From: an uncultured Spirochaetota bacterium
GTDB taxonomy: Bacteria > Spirochaetota > Spirochaetia > SZUA-6 > Fen-1364
Length of the DNA stretch: 64,000 bases
Assembly (NCBI GenBank): GCA_963745235.1
Contig: CAVUXE010000037.1
Location: 32,001-96,000 of the forward strand
Reading direction: 5' to 3'
In this document: piece after piece, positions 18,842 through 28,864 of the stretch
Position numbering within the stretch: position 1 is the stretch's first letter
Layout of the letters: each line of letters starts with the position of its first letter
Made by a program: the position numbers and the translations under genes
Notes under the pieces: model-generated
The model's input: only the letters and a program-made list of their open reading frames with translations
Database searches by the model: none
Told to the model about the DNA's origin: nothing

Positions 18842-20707
18842 ATGCGTGTGGTCGCGGACAACAGCAAGTGGAAAGACATCGTGGACGCACTCGATTACGC
18901 GCTTCAACCCATCGTCAGCATCTCTACGGGGGCGTGTCTCGGCTACGAGGCGCTGCTACGGGGATGGCAGCTGGAGGGGTTTCACGGCATTCATGAAGTC
19001 TTTGACGCGGCCTATCGCGATGGCGTGCTCTTCCGCGTCGAGCTGTGGTTGAGAGAGAAGGCAATTAGGAAGTTCACGCGCATTGACAACCACCGCAAGC
19101 GCAAGATGTTCTTCAACATCGACAACCGGGTCCTCCTCATGCCGGATTACACGCCGGGCAGCACCTCGCGCATCCTCGCTGACTGCGGGATCCATTCAGA
19201 CTCGGTCTGCTTCGAGCTGTCGGAAAAGTACGAGCTGAACTACGCCGCGGACGCCGGCATGATACTCAACACCTACAAGAGGCAGGGGTACAAGATCGCG
19301 ATTGATGATTTTGGCACCGGATATTCAGGGCTCCAGCTGCTCTACCATTCGGAACCGGATTTCATCAAGATCGACAGGTTCTTCATTGCGGGAATCGAAA
19401 CCGACATGAAGAAGAAGCTCTTTGTCGGCAAGGTTCTCAATCTTGCCCATACCCTGGGGATCATGGTCATTGCGGAGGGAATCGAAACCGAAAGGGAGTA
19501 CGCGTACTGCAAGGAGATCGGCTGCGACTATGTCCAGGGCTATTTCGTCCAGAAGCCGATCACGGACACCTCTGCTCTGCGGGAGAGGTACCCGCACATT
19601 GCCCGGCTGAACGCCGCTGACCGCAGGGAAAAATCGCTTGACCACGTGCTGATCAACGACCAGATGCAATACCTGGAACCCATTCACCTCCACGCCCAGG
19701 ACTCGGATGATCTCACCGCCATGTCAGCGGTCTTCGAGAAGTTCAGGAGTCACAAGGACTACCGCTTCTTTCCCGTCATCAACGGAAACGAGGAGCCCAT
19801 CGGCATCATCAATGAGAGCAACCTGAAGGAGTATGTCTACTCGCGCTACGGGAAGGACCTTCTTCTCAATCCGGCGGGGGGAAAGACAATCCTCGAGTTC
19901 ATTGAGAAGTGCCCCATTTCCGAGATCAGCACCAGGATCGAAAAGATCCTGGAATGCTTTGCCATGGACAACCTGTCGGAGGGCCTTCTCATGACGGAAA
20001 GCGGGAAGTATGTCGGCTTCCTCAGCGCGCGCTCCCTCCTCCGCGTCATCTATGAAAAGAACATCGCCATCGCGCGGGACCAGAATCCCCTCACGCGGCT
20101 GCCCGGGAACACCCTCATAGCCGAGTTCCTGGAGAACCTCCTGGAGGATGCCGCCGCGGCGTATGTCATCGCGTATTTCGATTTCGACGACTTCAAGCCC
20201 TTCAACGACAAGTACGGCTTTCGCCACGGAGACAGGGCCATCCTGCTCTTTTCCGACATCCTCAAGAATGCTTCTGCAACGGACAGGTTCTTTGTCGGTC
20301 ATATCGGGGGAGACGACTTCTTTTGCGGATTCAAGGTCGGCTATCTGGACGACGCTTCCATCCAGGAGAAGATCCGGCGCATAGCGATCAAGTTCGCCGA
20401 AGACGTGCGCAGCATCTATGATCCGCAGGACAGGGAACGGGGTTTCATCCTTTCCGTGGACCGGGACGGGAGGCGGAGAGAGTACCCCCTGCTGACAGTC
20501 AGCACCGCCATCCTCACCATTCCCGACGGCGACAGGAAGGTCGGGATTGAAGAGGTGGGCACCCTGATTGCCGGGTTGAAGAAGAAGTCAAAGGTTACGA
20601 TCGACAAGATAGCGGCAGCGACGCTGGACGGAGCCTCCCCGGCCCTCGTGCGCCAGGCGCCGGAGCTCCGCGGGTCAATGCGGCTTGTAAAAGGCGCCGA
20701 TCTTTGA
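18842..20707 (+). CDS. EAL-CBS-GGDEF c-di-GMP enzyme
   Basis: GYEALLRG, IAIDDFGTGYS, NPLTRLPGN, FKPFNDKYG, GHIGGDDF. Confidence 0.92.
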   Translation: MRVVADNSKWKDIVDALDYALQPIVSISTGACLGYEALLRGWQLEGFHGIHEVFDAAYRDGVLFRVELWLREKAIRKFTRIDNHRKRKMFFNIDNRVLLMPDYTPGSTSRILADCGIHSDSVCFELSEKYELNYAADAGMILNTYKRQGYKIAIDDFGTGYSGLQLLYHSEPDFIKIDRFFIAGIETDMKKKLFVGKVLNLAHTLGIMVIAEGIETEREYAYCKEIGCDYVQGYFVQKPITDTSALRERYPHIARLNAADRREKSLDHVLINDQMQYLEPIHLHAQDSDDLTAMSAVFEKFRSHKDYRFFPVINGNEEPIGIINESNLKEYVYSRYGKDLLLNPAGGKTILEFIEKCPISEISTRIEKILECFAMDNLSEGLLMTESGKYVGFLSARSLLRVIYEKNIAIARDQNPLTRLPGNTLIAEFLENLLEDAAAAYVIAYFDFDDFKPFNDKYGFRHGDRAILLFSDILKNASATDRFFVGHIGGDDFFCGFKVGYLDDASIQEKIRRIAIKFAEDVRSIYDPQDRERGFILSVDRDGRRREYPLLTVSTAILTIPDGDRKVGIEEVGTLIAGLKKKSKVTIDKIAAATLDGASPALVRQAPELRGSMRLVKGADL

Positions 20708-21829
20708 CGCGATCTTGTGCTCCGTGCTGTCCACGAAATCAGGAATGGAAAAGAAGCGCTCCAGGAACATTCCCGCCGCGCCGTACGCCACTGCCTTGTC
20801 GCCCAGGGTGGCGAACTCTATGGCGCATTCGACCGCGTTGTCATACGACCAGTTGCGCCTGATCTCTTCCCTGAGGATCTTCGTCACCTCCGCGCGGTAG
20901 GCGCTTATCTCTCCGCCGAACACCACGCAGGTCAGGTTCAGCACGTTCACGAGCAAGGCGATATGAGCGCACAGCTCCCGCAGGACTTTGAGCAGCACCG
21001 CGCGGTCCTTCCTGATTGTCCTGGCGACCGCGTCGCTGAGGGAGAACTGGCCCTGGTTCTGCTCCTTCCACAGGATGCTCTGGAACTCTCCCGCTGAGAA
21101 ATCGTCGCCGTAGTGGACCCTGCCGTTCAGGACAAAGGCAAACCCGACCGCGATCCCCCAGTAGCCGGACTTCACGGTGCGTCCGGCCCGAAACTCGCCC
21201 AGGACAAACATGAAGTTCGCGTGCCTCTCGGTCTTCTTGAACGCAAGCTCTCCCCAGCAGCAGCACTTCGCGTCGTTCTCTATGAGCACCGGAACTTCCT
21301 GCAGGGAGGCGATTGCGCGGTAGAAGTCCACCGGTTCGCGGATGTTCAGGGGGTTGGACTTCTGGATGATCCCCTTGTGGGGATCGATGATGCCGGCCGT
21401 CCCGACCCCGATCCCGATGAGCGGCAGGGAGACGCGCCGCGTGGATGCGCGCAGCCGCGCGGTGACATCCTGGAACGTGGAGACGATGTCCGCGTCGAAA
21501 CGCATGCTCCCGGAATCCGACAGGATCACCTCTCCCAGCATGTCCGCCGCCACGGCAGTGTAGTGATCTGTCTGGATCTCGATGCCCAGGATGTACCCGT
21601 AGCGGCCGTTGACCATGAGGTGGGTCGGCCGCCTGCCGCCGGCCGGGCCGGACTCCCCGGCCTTCACCCGCTTCACGAGGTTGCGCTTCATGAGGGCGGC
21701 CACGATGTTGGTCACCGTGGACTTCCCCAGCCCGAGCTCGCGCGCTATCTCCACCCTGCTGATCCCCTTGCTGAACCAGAGCTTCTGGAGAACGCGCGAG
21801 ACGTTGATTTCGTTCAGCGTGTTGGCCAT
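20675..21829 (-). CDS. ROK-family transcriptional repressor
   Basis: N-terminal HTH ISRVEIARELGLGKSTVTNIV, GGRRP, IENDAKCC. Confidence 0.9.
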   Translation of the reverse strand: MANTLNEINVSRVLQKLWFSKGISRVEIARELGLGKSTVTNIVAALMKRNLVKRVKAGESGPAGGRRPTHLMVNGRYGYILGIEIQTDHYTAVAADMLGEVILSDSGSMRFDADIVSTFQDVTARLRASTRRVSLPLIGIGVGTAGIIDPHKGIIQKSNPLNIREPVDFYRAIASLQEVPVLIENDAKCCCWGELAFKKTERHANFMFVLGEFRAGRTVKSGYWGIAVGFAFVLNGRVHYGDDFSAGEFQSILWKEQNQGQFSLSDAVARTIRKDRAVLLKVLRELCAHIALLVNVLNLTCVVFGGEISAYRAEVTKILREEIRRNWSYDNAVECAIEFATLGDKAVAYGAAGMFLERFFSIPDFVDSTEHKIASKIGAFYKPH

Positions 21830-21887
21830 GTGACCCCGGGATCATAGCATGCCGAACGGAGGCGACAAACGCCGCGGCAGGCGGCGC

Positions 21888-22697
21888 TCACCCCCGCTCT
21901 CCGCGGGTGACCCTCACCCAGTCCACCAGCATCCTGGCCTTGTCCTCCCGTATCCGCTGGACGGTCTGGTCGGGAAGGCCCCTGTAGGGATGCCGCACGC
22001 CGTTGGTTTTGAAGGGGAACGTGCCGCCCAGGGCGAAGTTCAGGATGAGATACTTTTCCTTGTTGTACGCCCAGGGGCCGTGGAACTCCACCATGGGCCG
22101 GGAGACGCGATACATCAACCTCTCATCCACCCTGAACTCCAGGCTCTCCGGGGTCCAGTCGACGGAGTAGACATGCCACCGGGCAGCGTGGTCGCCCGGC
22201 GGGAAGTAGAGCCGGTTGGTGAGCGCCATCTCGCCGGCGTAGCCGGGGCCATGAAGCGCCGCGCTCACCCAGTCCGGCTCCCCCACGTTCTCCATGATGT
22301 CTATCTCTCCCGAGTCGGGCCACTGCCCCTCTGCCCCGAGCGCCCAGAACGCGGGCCACAGGCCGGCCCCGCCGTCCACCATGATGCGGGCCTCCACCGT
22401 TCCGTAGGTGAACTGGACTCTCTCCCGCGTATCGATGCGACCGGATATGAAGTCGAAGCGTCTCCCCTCCGGCGTGAGAAAGCCGGGCCGGAAGCGGGGC
22501 TGGATGATCAACACCCCGTTCGCCTCCACCGCTTTCCCGTCAAGGCCCAGGCTGATGGTCTCCTCAGAGTCGACATAGGCCTGCTGCTCCTCGTTGACGG
22601 TGACTCCCGTGACGCGCACGTTCCACGCCGAGCGGTCAAGCGCGGGGCGGTTGAAGTCGTCGAAAAACACTGTGTCGGGCTCACTGTTGAGGCTCAT
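21888..22697 (-). CDS. GH16 glycoside hydrolase (beta-1,3-glucanase-like), no signal peptide
   Basis: GLWPAFW, WPDSGEIDIME, LILNFALGG. Confidence 0.92.
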   Translation of the reverse strand: MSLNSEPDTVFFDDFNRPALDRSAWNVRVTGVTVNEEQQAYVDSEETISLGLDGKAVEANGVLIIQPRFRPGFLTPEGRRFDFISGRIDTRERVQFTYGTVEARIMVDGGAGLWPAFWALGAEGQWPDSGEIDIMENVGEPDWVSAALHGPGYAGEMALTNRLYFPPGDHAARWHVYSVDWTPESLEFRVDERLMYRVSRPMVEFHGPWAYNKEKYLILNFALGGTFPFKTNGVRHPYRGLPDQTVQRIREDKARMLVDWVRVTRGERG

Positions 22698-23527
22698 CCC
22701 CGTACCGATCCCTGGAGGACCCCCGCGTAGATCCAGCGCTGAAGCACGAGGAACAGCGCCGCAATGGGAAGCGTCAGCATGAGGATGGCCGCCGCCAGGG
22801 TGGTCCAGTCGTTTCCGTACTGTCCGTAAAAGACCATGAGACCCCGCGTGATGGGCATGTACGTCTTCTTCGTGAGGTAGATCAGGGGCGTGACGTACTC
22901 GTTCCAGATCCCGATGGCATGCAGAACGATCACGCTCGCAAGCGCCGGCCGAATCAAGGGGAATATCACCCGCATCACGAATCGGACGTAGCCGCTGCCG
23001 TCCATGGCAGCCGCCTCGTCCAGCTCTCTGGGGATGGAGCGGATGTAGTTCACCAGGATGACTATGCCGATGGGATCCACCAGGAAGAGCAGCGTGTAGC
23101 CGACGGGCGTGTTGTACAGGCGCAGGTGGAGCATGAGCTGGAACTGGGGAATGAGCGCATAGGGAAGGAAAAGAGCCACGACGAACAGGCTGAAAAGAAA
23201 ACCGCTCCCGCGGACATAGCGGCGCGCTATCGGGAACGCGACAAAAACGGCGGTCAGGATATACAGGCTCGTTGCGGCCACCGTGTAGAGAATGGAGTTG
23301 CGCAGGTACAGGGGAAAGTTGGCCTTGTTCCAGGCAGTCACGAAGTTCGTGAGCTGCAGCCGTCCAACGATGGCCGTGGGATTGAGACTGAACTCCTGGC
23401 GCGTCTGGAGGGAGACATTCACCACCGTGAGCAGGGGCCCGAGGTAGACGGCGGCAAGCACCACCAGGACGGCAAACGAGGCTACGGCGGCGGGTCGAAC
23501 GGGCCGCGGGTGCGTCGCACCGCTCAT
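22694..23527 (-). CDS. Carbohydrate ABC transporter permease
   Basis: IPRELDEAAAMDG EAA loop. Confidence 0.9.
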   Translation of the reverse strand: MSGATHPRPVRPAAVASFAVLVVLAAVYLGPLLTVVNVSLQTRQEFSLNPTAIVGRLQLTNFVTAWNKANFPLYLRNSILYTVAATSLYILTAVFVAFPIARRYVRGSGFLFSLFVVALFLPYALIPQFQLMLHLRLYNTPVGYTLLFLVDPIGIVILVNYIRSIPRELDEAAAMDGSGYVRFVMRVIFPLIRPALASVIVLHAIGIWNEYVTPLIYLTKKTYMPITRGLMVFYGQYGNDWTTLAAAILMLTLPIAALFLVLQRWIYAGVLQGSVRG

Positions 23528-24459
23528 CCCAGCAATCTCCTCTCCCGCCGCCTCATGAGGTACTGCGCGGTCATCCCGATGATGAGCACCAGGACGAACA
23601 GCACCACGGAGGCCGCCGCGCCGTATCCCTGCCGCATGGCCACGGCAGTGGGGTTCTGCACCGTCCGACCGAATGCGATTGCGTAGATGATCAGCCCGAG
23701 GACCTGGGTGCCGTTTGTCACGCCTTTCATCACGAGGAGCAGCTGCCACGCCTGCAGCGACCCGATGATGGCGAGGGTCAGGTTCGTATTGAGGCTCGGG
23801 GTCAGCAATGGATAGGTGATGTGGCGGAAGGATTGCCAACCGGATGCGCCATCGATCCGGGAGGCCTCGACGAGCTCGGACGGGATGGTCTGCAGACCGC
23901 CGAGAAAGATGATCATGGTGACACCCATGTTCGCCCAGATCTGGACCCAGGTCACCCAGAGGAATGCCTGGAAAGGAGGGCCGCCAAGAAACTCGCTGTG
24001 TCCCCCCAGGAGCGCAAGGACCTTCTGCGCGGGTCCGCCCAGGGGGTAGAGGAAAAGGGTCCACGTCAGGCCGACGATGGTCACACCGAGAATCACCGGC
24101 AGGAAGAAGACCGTGCGGAAGACGTTGGTGGCAGCCAGGCGCTGGTTCAGGAGCGCGGCAACGAAGAGCCCCAGGCCCGTCTGGATCACCGTCACGATGA
24201 CGGAGAACTCCAGCGTCCGCACAAGCACCTCCGCGTTGTCCCTGGCGTTCTGGCCCAGGAAGAGGAACTCGCGGTAGTTGGAAAGTCCCACGAACTTCGT
24301 GGGAGAGCCGACGAGACCGGAGGCGTCCGTAAAGGAGTAGAAGACCGTGGCCAGGGATGGTCCCAGGGAGATGAGCAGATACAGGAGCATTCCCGGCAGG
24401 AGGAGCAGGTAGGGCACGAAGCGCGACCCCCTGCCCCCGAAGTGAAAGGCATGCCTCAT
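23524..24459 (-). CDS. Carbohydrate ABC transporter permease
   Basis: LQTIPSELVEASRIDGA EAA loop. Confidence 0.92.
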   Translation of the reverse strand: MRHAFHFGGRGSRFVPYLLLLPGMLLYLLISLGPSLATVFYSFTDASGLVGSPTKFVGLSNYREFLFLGQNARDNAEVLVRTLEFSVIVTVIQTGLGLFVAALLNQRLAATNVFRTVFFLPVILGVTIVGLTWTLFLYPLGGPAQKVLALLGGHSEFLGGPPFQAFLWVTWVQIWANMGVTMIIFLGGLQTIPSELVEASRIDGASGWQSFRHITYPLLTPSLNTNLTLAIIGSLQAWQLLLVMKGVTNGTQVLGLIIYAIAFGRTVQNPTAVAMRQGYGAAASVVLFVLVLIIGMTAQYLMRRRERRLLG

Positions 24460-24485
24460 TCCATCGCTCCTCAGCCGGTCCGAGA

Positions 24486-24510
24486 GAAGGCGCCGCGCGT
24501 TGGCGGCGCC
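24486..24510. terminator. GC-rich intergenic hairpin between SBP and permease genes
   Basis: AGGCGCCGC...GCGGCGCCT inverted repeat; stabilising stem or terminator. Confidence 0.45.
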
Positions 24511-24531
24511 TCTTCCTTGTCCGTGCCGCCT

Positions 24532-25818
24532 CTAGCGGTTTGCGTTCAGGCCGGCGTCCAGGTCCGCCTGGGCCTGGTCAGCGAGCTTGCGCGCGTCATC
24601 CCACTGGTTGAAAGGCTTGAAGAATGAGGCGTTTGGCTGCGCCCACTGTCCGAAGCCTTTCGGGCTGACCCAGAGCAGCTCGTAGCCGAGACGGAAGTTC
24701 GCGAGGTGCGGCGCCACTTCCCTGCCCAGGACGGTGTTGAGCTTTGCCGTGGGCTGCGTGGGCATGATGCCGGTGGCGTTGACGTAGGCCTGGTAATTCT
24801 CCGGTTTGGAGAAGAAGGCCAGCCACTTCATGGCCGCGTCTTTCTTGTCCGTCTTCGCCGCGACGATCCAACCCACATCATACTTTCCAGCAAGATACTT
24901 GTTGTCCGCCGCCTTGTCGCTGCCGGGCATCGGGAAGTAGCCATAGTTCATCTTGGGGTTTGCCGTTTCAATGGCCGGGGCGTCCCAGGAGCCCGCGGGA
25001 TACATTGCGGCTGCACCGGAAGCGAAGCGGCCCGGAGCGGCGTCGAAGGAGATTCCGCTTGCCCCCGGCTCTATCATGTCACGGGCCAGCACCTGCATCT
25101 TCTTCCACATGTCCAGGGAGCGAGCGTCATTCCATTTGATCGTCCCGTTCCACAGGCCCTTCACGAGCGCCGCCTGGTCGGGATACTCCGCGAGGAGGAT
25201 GCCGTAGCCGGCCACCAGGACCGGCCACCCGTCTTTGCCGCCGGCCGTCATGGGGGCAATGCCGTTTTTCTTGAACGTGTCACAGGCGGCAACCAGCTGG
25301 CCCCAGGTTGTGGGGACCTTCACGCCGTACTTCGCGAAGAGGTCCTTGTTGTAGAACACTCCCGTGAAGGCGTAGCGGCCCGTGTTGACCTCATAGACTT
25401 TTCCATTGAAGGAGCCGGCATCCCTGATTGCCGAGGAATCGTAGTGCTTCAGGAAGGGCTGGCCGGTGAGGTCCATGAGCAGGCCCGCTTCAATGAGAGT
25501 CTGCCAGTTGGGCTTGTCCGCATTCTTCATGTAGGGCTGGATCCCCTGCGCAAAGCCGAACATGTCGATGATGTCCACGTCGTTGGCCGTCAGGCGCGTC
25601 TGCGTGGAGGTGGCCAGCTCATCCGACTTCACCACGGAGACATCCACCGTGATGTCGGGGTACTGCTTCTGGAACTTTTCATTGAATGCGTTGATATAGT
25701 CCACGAGCGGAGCATTCTGGTGGATAAGAAGCTCCAGGGTAACCTTTCCCTGCGCAAAGAGGCACAGCGGCAAGGCTGCCAGCAGGACAAGGGCCACAAA
25801 AAACCGTCTGTTCTTCAT
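24532..25818 (-). CDS. Sugar ABC transporter solute-binding protein
   Basis: Signal peptide; FYNKDLFAKYGVKVPTTW. Confidence 0.92.
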   Translation of the reverse strand: MKNRRFFVALVLLAALPLCLFAQGKVTLELLIHQNAPLVDYINAFNEKFQKQYPDITVDVSVVKSDELATSTQTRLTANDVDIIDMFGFAQGIQPYMKNADKPNWQTLIEAGLLMDLTGQPFLKHYDSSAIRDAGSFNGKVYEVNTGRYAFTGVFYNKDLFAKYGVKVPTTWGQLVAACDTFKKNGIAPMTAGGKDGWPVLVAGYGILLAEYPDQAALVKGLWNGTIKWNDARSLDMWKKMQVLARDMIEPGASGISFDAAPGRFASGAAAMYPAGSWDAPAIETANPKMNYGYFPMPGSDKAADNKYLAGKYDVGWIVAAKTDKKDAAMKWLAFFSKPENYQAYVNATGIMPTQPTAKLNTVLGREVAPHLANFRLGYELLWVSPKGFGQWAQPNASFFKPFNQWDDARKLADQAQADLDAGLNANR

Positions 25819-25831
25819 CCTTCGTCCCTCC

Positions 25832-25856
25832 TTAGTTCGTTTCGTAGCCGAACCAA
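25832..25856. promoter_or_regulatory. XylR/ROK-type operator (25-bp palindrome)
   Basis: TTAGTTCG-N9-CGAACCAA, between the SBP RBS and its promoter. Confidence 0.65.
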
Positions 25857-25861
25857 CCGGT

Positions 25862-25889
25862 AGGATAACACAAGGCGGCTGTTTGTCAA
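25862..25889 (-). promoter_or_regulatory. sigma70 promoter of the sugar ABC operon
   Basis: TTGACA, 16 bp, TATCCT with TG extension, on the minus strand. Confidence 0.6.
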
Positions 25890-25909
25890 CACAAATCAGT
25901 TCGTCTGGA

Positions 25910-27773
25910 TTACATCCGCTCCACCGCGGATGGCGCTCCCGGCCCGCCCCCGTTGCCGCCGTGGGCGCCGCCGTCGAGGCTGTCCGGGGCCGGGAGGGCC
26001 GCGGCGGATGCGGCCCCCGCCGCTTCTGTCATCTCTGTGTTTCCGATCTGGAACTGGGCCGTCAGCTTCTGCAACTCCAGCGCCATGCGCGACAGCTGCG
26101 CGGTTGCGGCAGACATCTCCTCCGCGGATGTTGCAGCGCTCTGCGTGACGTCGTTGACGTTCTCCACGGCCTTGGACACCTGCCTTGCGTTTGTCGTCTG
26201 TTCTTCGGTGGCCGCCCGTATGCTCTGGCTCATTTCACTCACGTTCTCCAGCGCCCGGGCAAGCTCCTCCACCGCCGCAACCTGGCGGCGCGTGGCCTGG
26301 GAAAGCGCGGCAATCATTTCCTGCACCTTCTGCGAGGCCGCGCGGATCTGCTCCATGGCAAGCTGTGAGCCCTTGGCCGTTGCGACGCCCCTGGTCACGT
26401 TCTTCGCGCTTTCCTTGATCAGGCCCGAAATCTCCTTCGTGGAGGAGGAGCTGCGGTCCGCCAGCTTGCTCACCTCGTCCGCAACGACGGCGAAGCCCCG
26501 TCCATGCTCCCCCGCCCGCGCTGCCTCGATGGAGGCGTTGAGCGCCAGGAGGTTCGTCTGGTCAGCGATGTCGGAGATCACGCTCACGATCCCGCCGATC
26601 TTCTCCGAGCTGCTGGCTATCAGGTTGATCCCGTCCACCACTTCGCTGACCGCCTTCGCCCCCTCCAGGGCGTTTTCCACCGACCTCTGGGCAAGGTCCG
26701 AGATCTCCGAGAGGTTCTTCGACACTTCCTCGATGGCCCGGTGCACCTGGATCATGGAGCCGGAACCCTCCTCGACGGCGGAGACCTGGCGCTGCGCATG
26801 CTGGGAGACCTGGTCCACCGAAGCGCTGAGCTCTTCCACGGCCGCGCTTGTTTCCTCCAGGGTTGACGCCTGGCTCTGGGCGCCCACGGCGAGCCTCTCG
26901 GCGCCCGCCGTAAGCTGCTGGCTGGAGGCGGCAACCTGCACGGCGCTCTGCTGCACGTTCGCCACCGTGTCGCGAAGCTTCATGGACATGTCATTCAAGG
27001 ACCCGGCGAGGCTCCCGATCTCATCCCTCTGCTGGATGGGAAGCTGCCGCGTGAAATCCCCGTCAGCGATGGCGTGCGCAAACTCCATACTCCTGCGAAG
27101 TGGTCGGGAAATGCCGACCGCGATGATGATGCACAGGATCGCTATGGCAACAAGGATCACGGCCGCCACCCCAAGGAGGAGGATCATTGATCGGGCTTCG
27201 ACCGCTGATGCCATGTTTTCGATCCTCAGCGATTCCTTGTTCGCCATCGATCCCACCGCGTCGATGCTCTTGCGGTGGTTCTCATACCAGGCGCCGAGGG
27301 TCCCGCCGACAATCGCATCCACCTGGTCAGCATGCCCCGCCTGGACTGCGGGGATGAGCTGGGTATCTACAATGTTGAAGAACTGGGCCGCGGAGTTGTA
27401 GGACTCGTCGATCAGCTTGTCCCGCATGGGTCCCGCGGGAAGGTGCGATGCCCAGTACTCGTGCCGATCCCTGTAGTCCTTTTCCAGGGCCGCCAGCCTC
27501 CTGGTAAGAACGTCGACGTCCGAGGCAATTTTTGCGTCCTTCAACTGCAGCGTCGTCAGGTAGGCCTCCATGATGTTCTCGGGAGCAGGCATGATATCGG
27601 CGACAAGGTCCTTTTGAAGCACGATTTCCCGATAGACGGGGCTGTTTATCGTGATCGTCGAAATCGTGTACCAGGAATACCCGCCAAACGCCAGGAAACC
27701 TGCGATGAAAACGCCGCTGAGCAGAAGAAGCTTCCTGCCCAACGCGCAAGTTCGCGATGAATCCTGCTTTCAT
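25910..27773 (-). CDS. Methyl-accepting chemotaxis protein (possible 5' frameshift near 27738)
   Basis: Two TMs, [37 protein letters not shown]. Confidence 0.93.
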
Positions 27774-27958
27774 GATGACGCCCTCCTGGGACCATTCGAT
27801 GGCTGCAAGTACCGTGCCAGCTTAGAACAGCAGGTGATTTGTTACAACTTGGAGCTATGAACGCATCACGCGGCCCGAGCGCCGAACGCATGCAAACGCG
27901 CAGCCGTCACCTGCGTGGTATACTGGGGCACTACAAACCACTGACCAAGGGGACAACC

Positions 27959-28864
27959 ATGACGACTTTCGCAGAGATTATGGAGAAAGCCCGCACTGCG
28001 GGTCCAGTCCGCTTCGTTGTCGCGCAGGCTGCCGACTCAACCATCCTGGAAGCCCTTGCCCAGGCGGAAAGCGCCGGATTCGCCCGGCCCATCCTCGTGG
28101 GGCGCGGTGATGAGATCCGCAGGGCTGCGCGGGAGCGCGAGGTGTCGTTGAACGGCTGGGAGGTTGCGGAAGCTGAGAATGCCGGGGAAGCAGCTACGCA
28201 AGCCGTCAGGCTCGTTGCAAGCGGCAAGGGAGATATCCTCGTCAAGGGGCTCCTGCAAAGCGCGGACCTCCTGCGCGCGGTCCTCAACAAGTCAAACGGT
28301 CTGACAACGGGCCGCACCCTTTCGCATGTCGGGGTTTTCCGGTTTCCCGAGTCGGATCGGTTTCATTTCGTCACGGACGCGGCCCTGACCATCTCCCCTG
28401 ACCTCCAGCAGAAGATCGACATCGTGCGAAACGCCGTCGATGTCGCCCACAGGCTCGGGGTGGCGCAGCCAATTGCAGCCATGCTGTGCGCAATCGAAAC
28501 GGTGAATCCCGAGATGCCGGCCACGGTGGATGCCGCCTGTATTGCGAAAATGGCGGACCGAGGGGCCATTCCCGGCGCGCGCGTGGAGGGCCCGCTCGCC
28601 CTGGACAACGCCGTGAGCGTGGAGGCGGCGCAGCACAAAGGCATCACGGGAGACCTGGCGGGGCGGGCAGACATCCTTGTAGCGCCGAATATCGAGGCCG
28701 CCAATATCCTGTACAAGGCCCTGATATTCTTCGCAAAGGCGGAAGAGGCGGGCATAGTCATGGGAGCACGGTGTCCGATTGTCCTGGCCTCCCGCAGCGA
28801 CTCGGCCCGGAACAAGCTGTATTCGCTGGCCCTCGGGGCCCTGACGCGCTCTGGCGGGATTTAG
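27959..28864 (+). CDS. ptb: Phosphate butyryl/acetyltransferase
   Basis: ILVKGLL, TDAAL.I.PDL.QK, EGPLALDNA, PIVLASRSD. Confidence 0.85.
   Translation: MTTFAEIMEKARTAGPVRFVVAQAADSTILEALAQAESAGFARPILVGRGDEIRRAAREREVSLNGWEVAEAENAGEAATQAVRLVASGKGDILVKGLLQSADLLRAVLNKSNGLTTGRTLSHVGVFRFPESDRFHFVTDAALTISPDLQQKIDIVRNAVDVAHRLGVAQPIAAMLCAIETVNPEMPATVDAACIAKMADRGAIPGARVEGPLALDNAVSVEAAQHKGITGDLAGRADILVAPNIEAANILYKALIFFAKAEEAGIVMGARCPIVLASRSDSARNKLYSLALGALTRSGGI

Noticed and set aside
18842-20707. EAL-before-GGDEF domain order as a novelty
   Set aside because: EAL-CBS-GGDEF is a known architecture.
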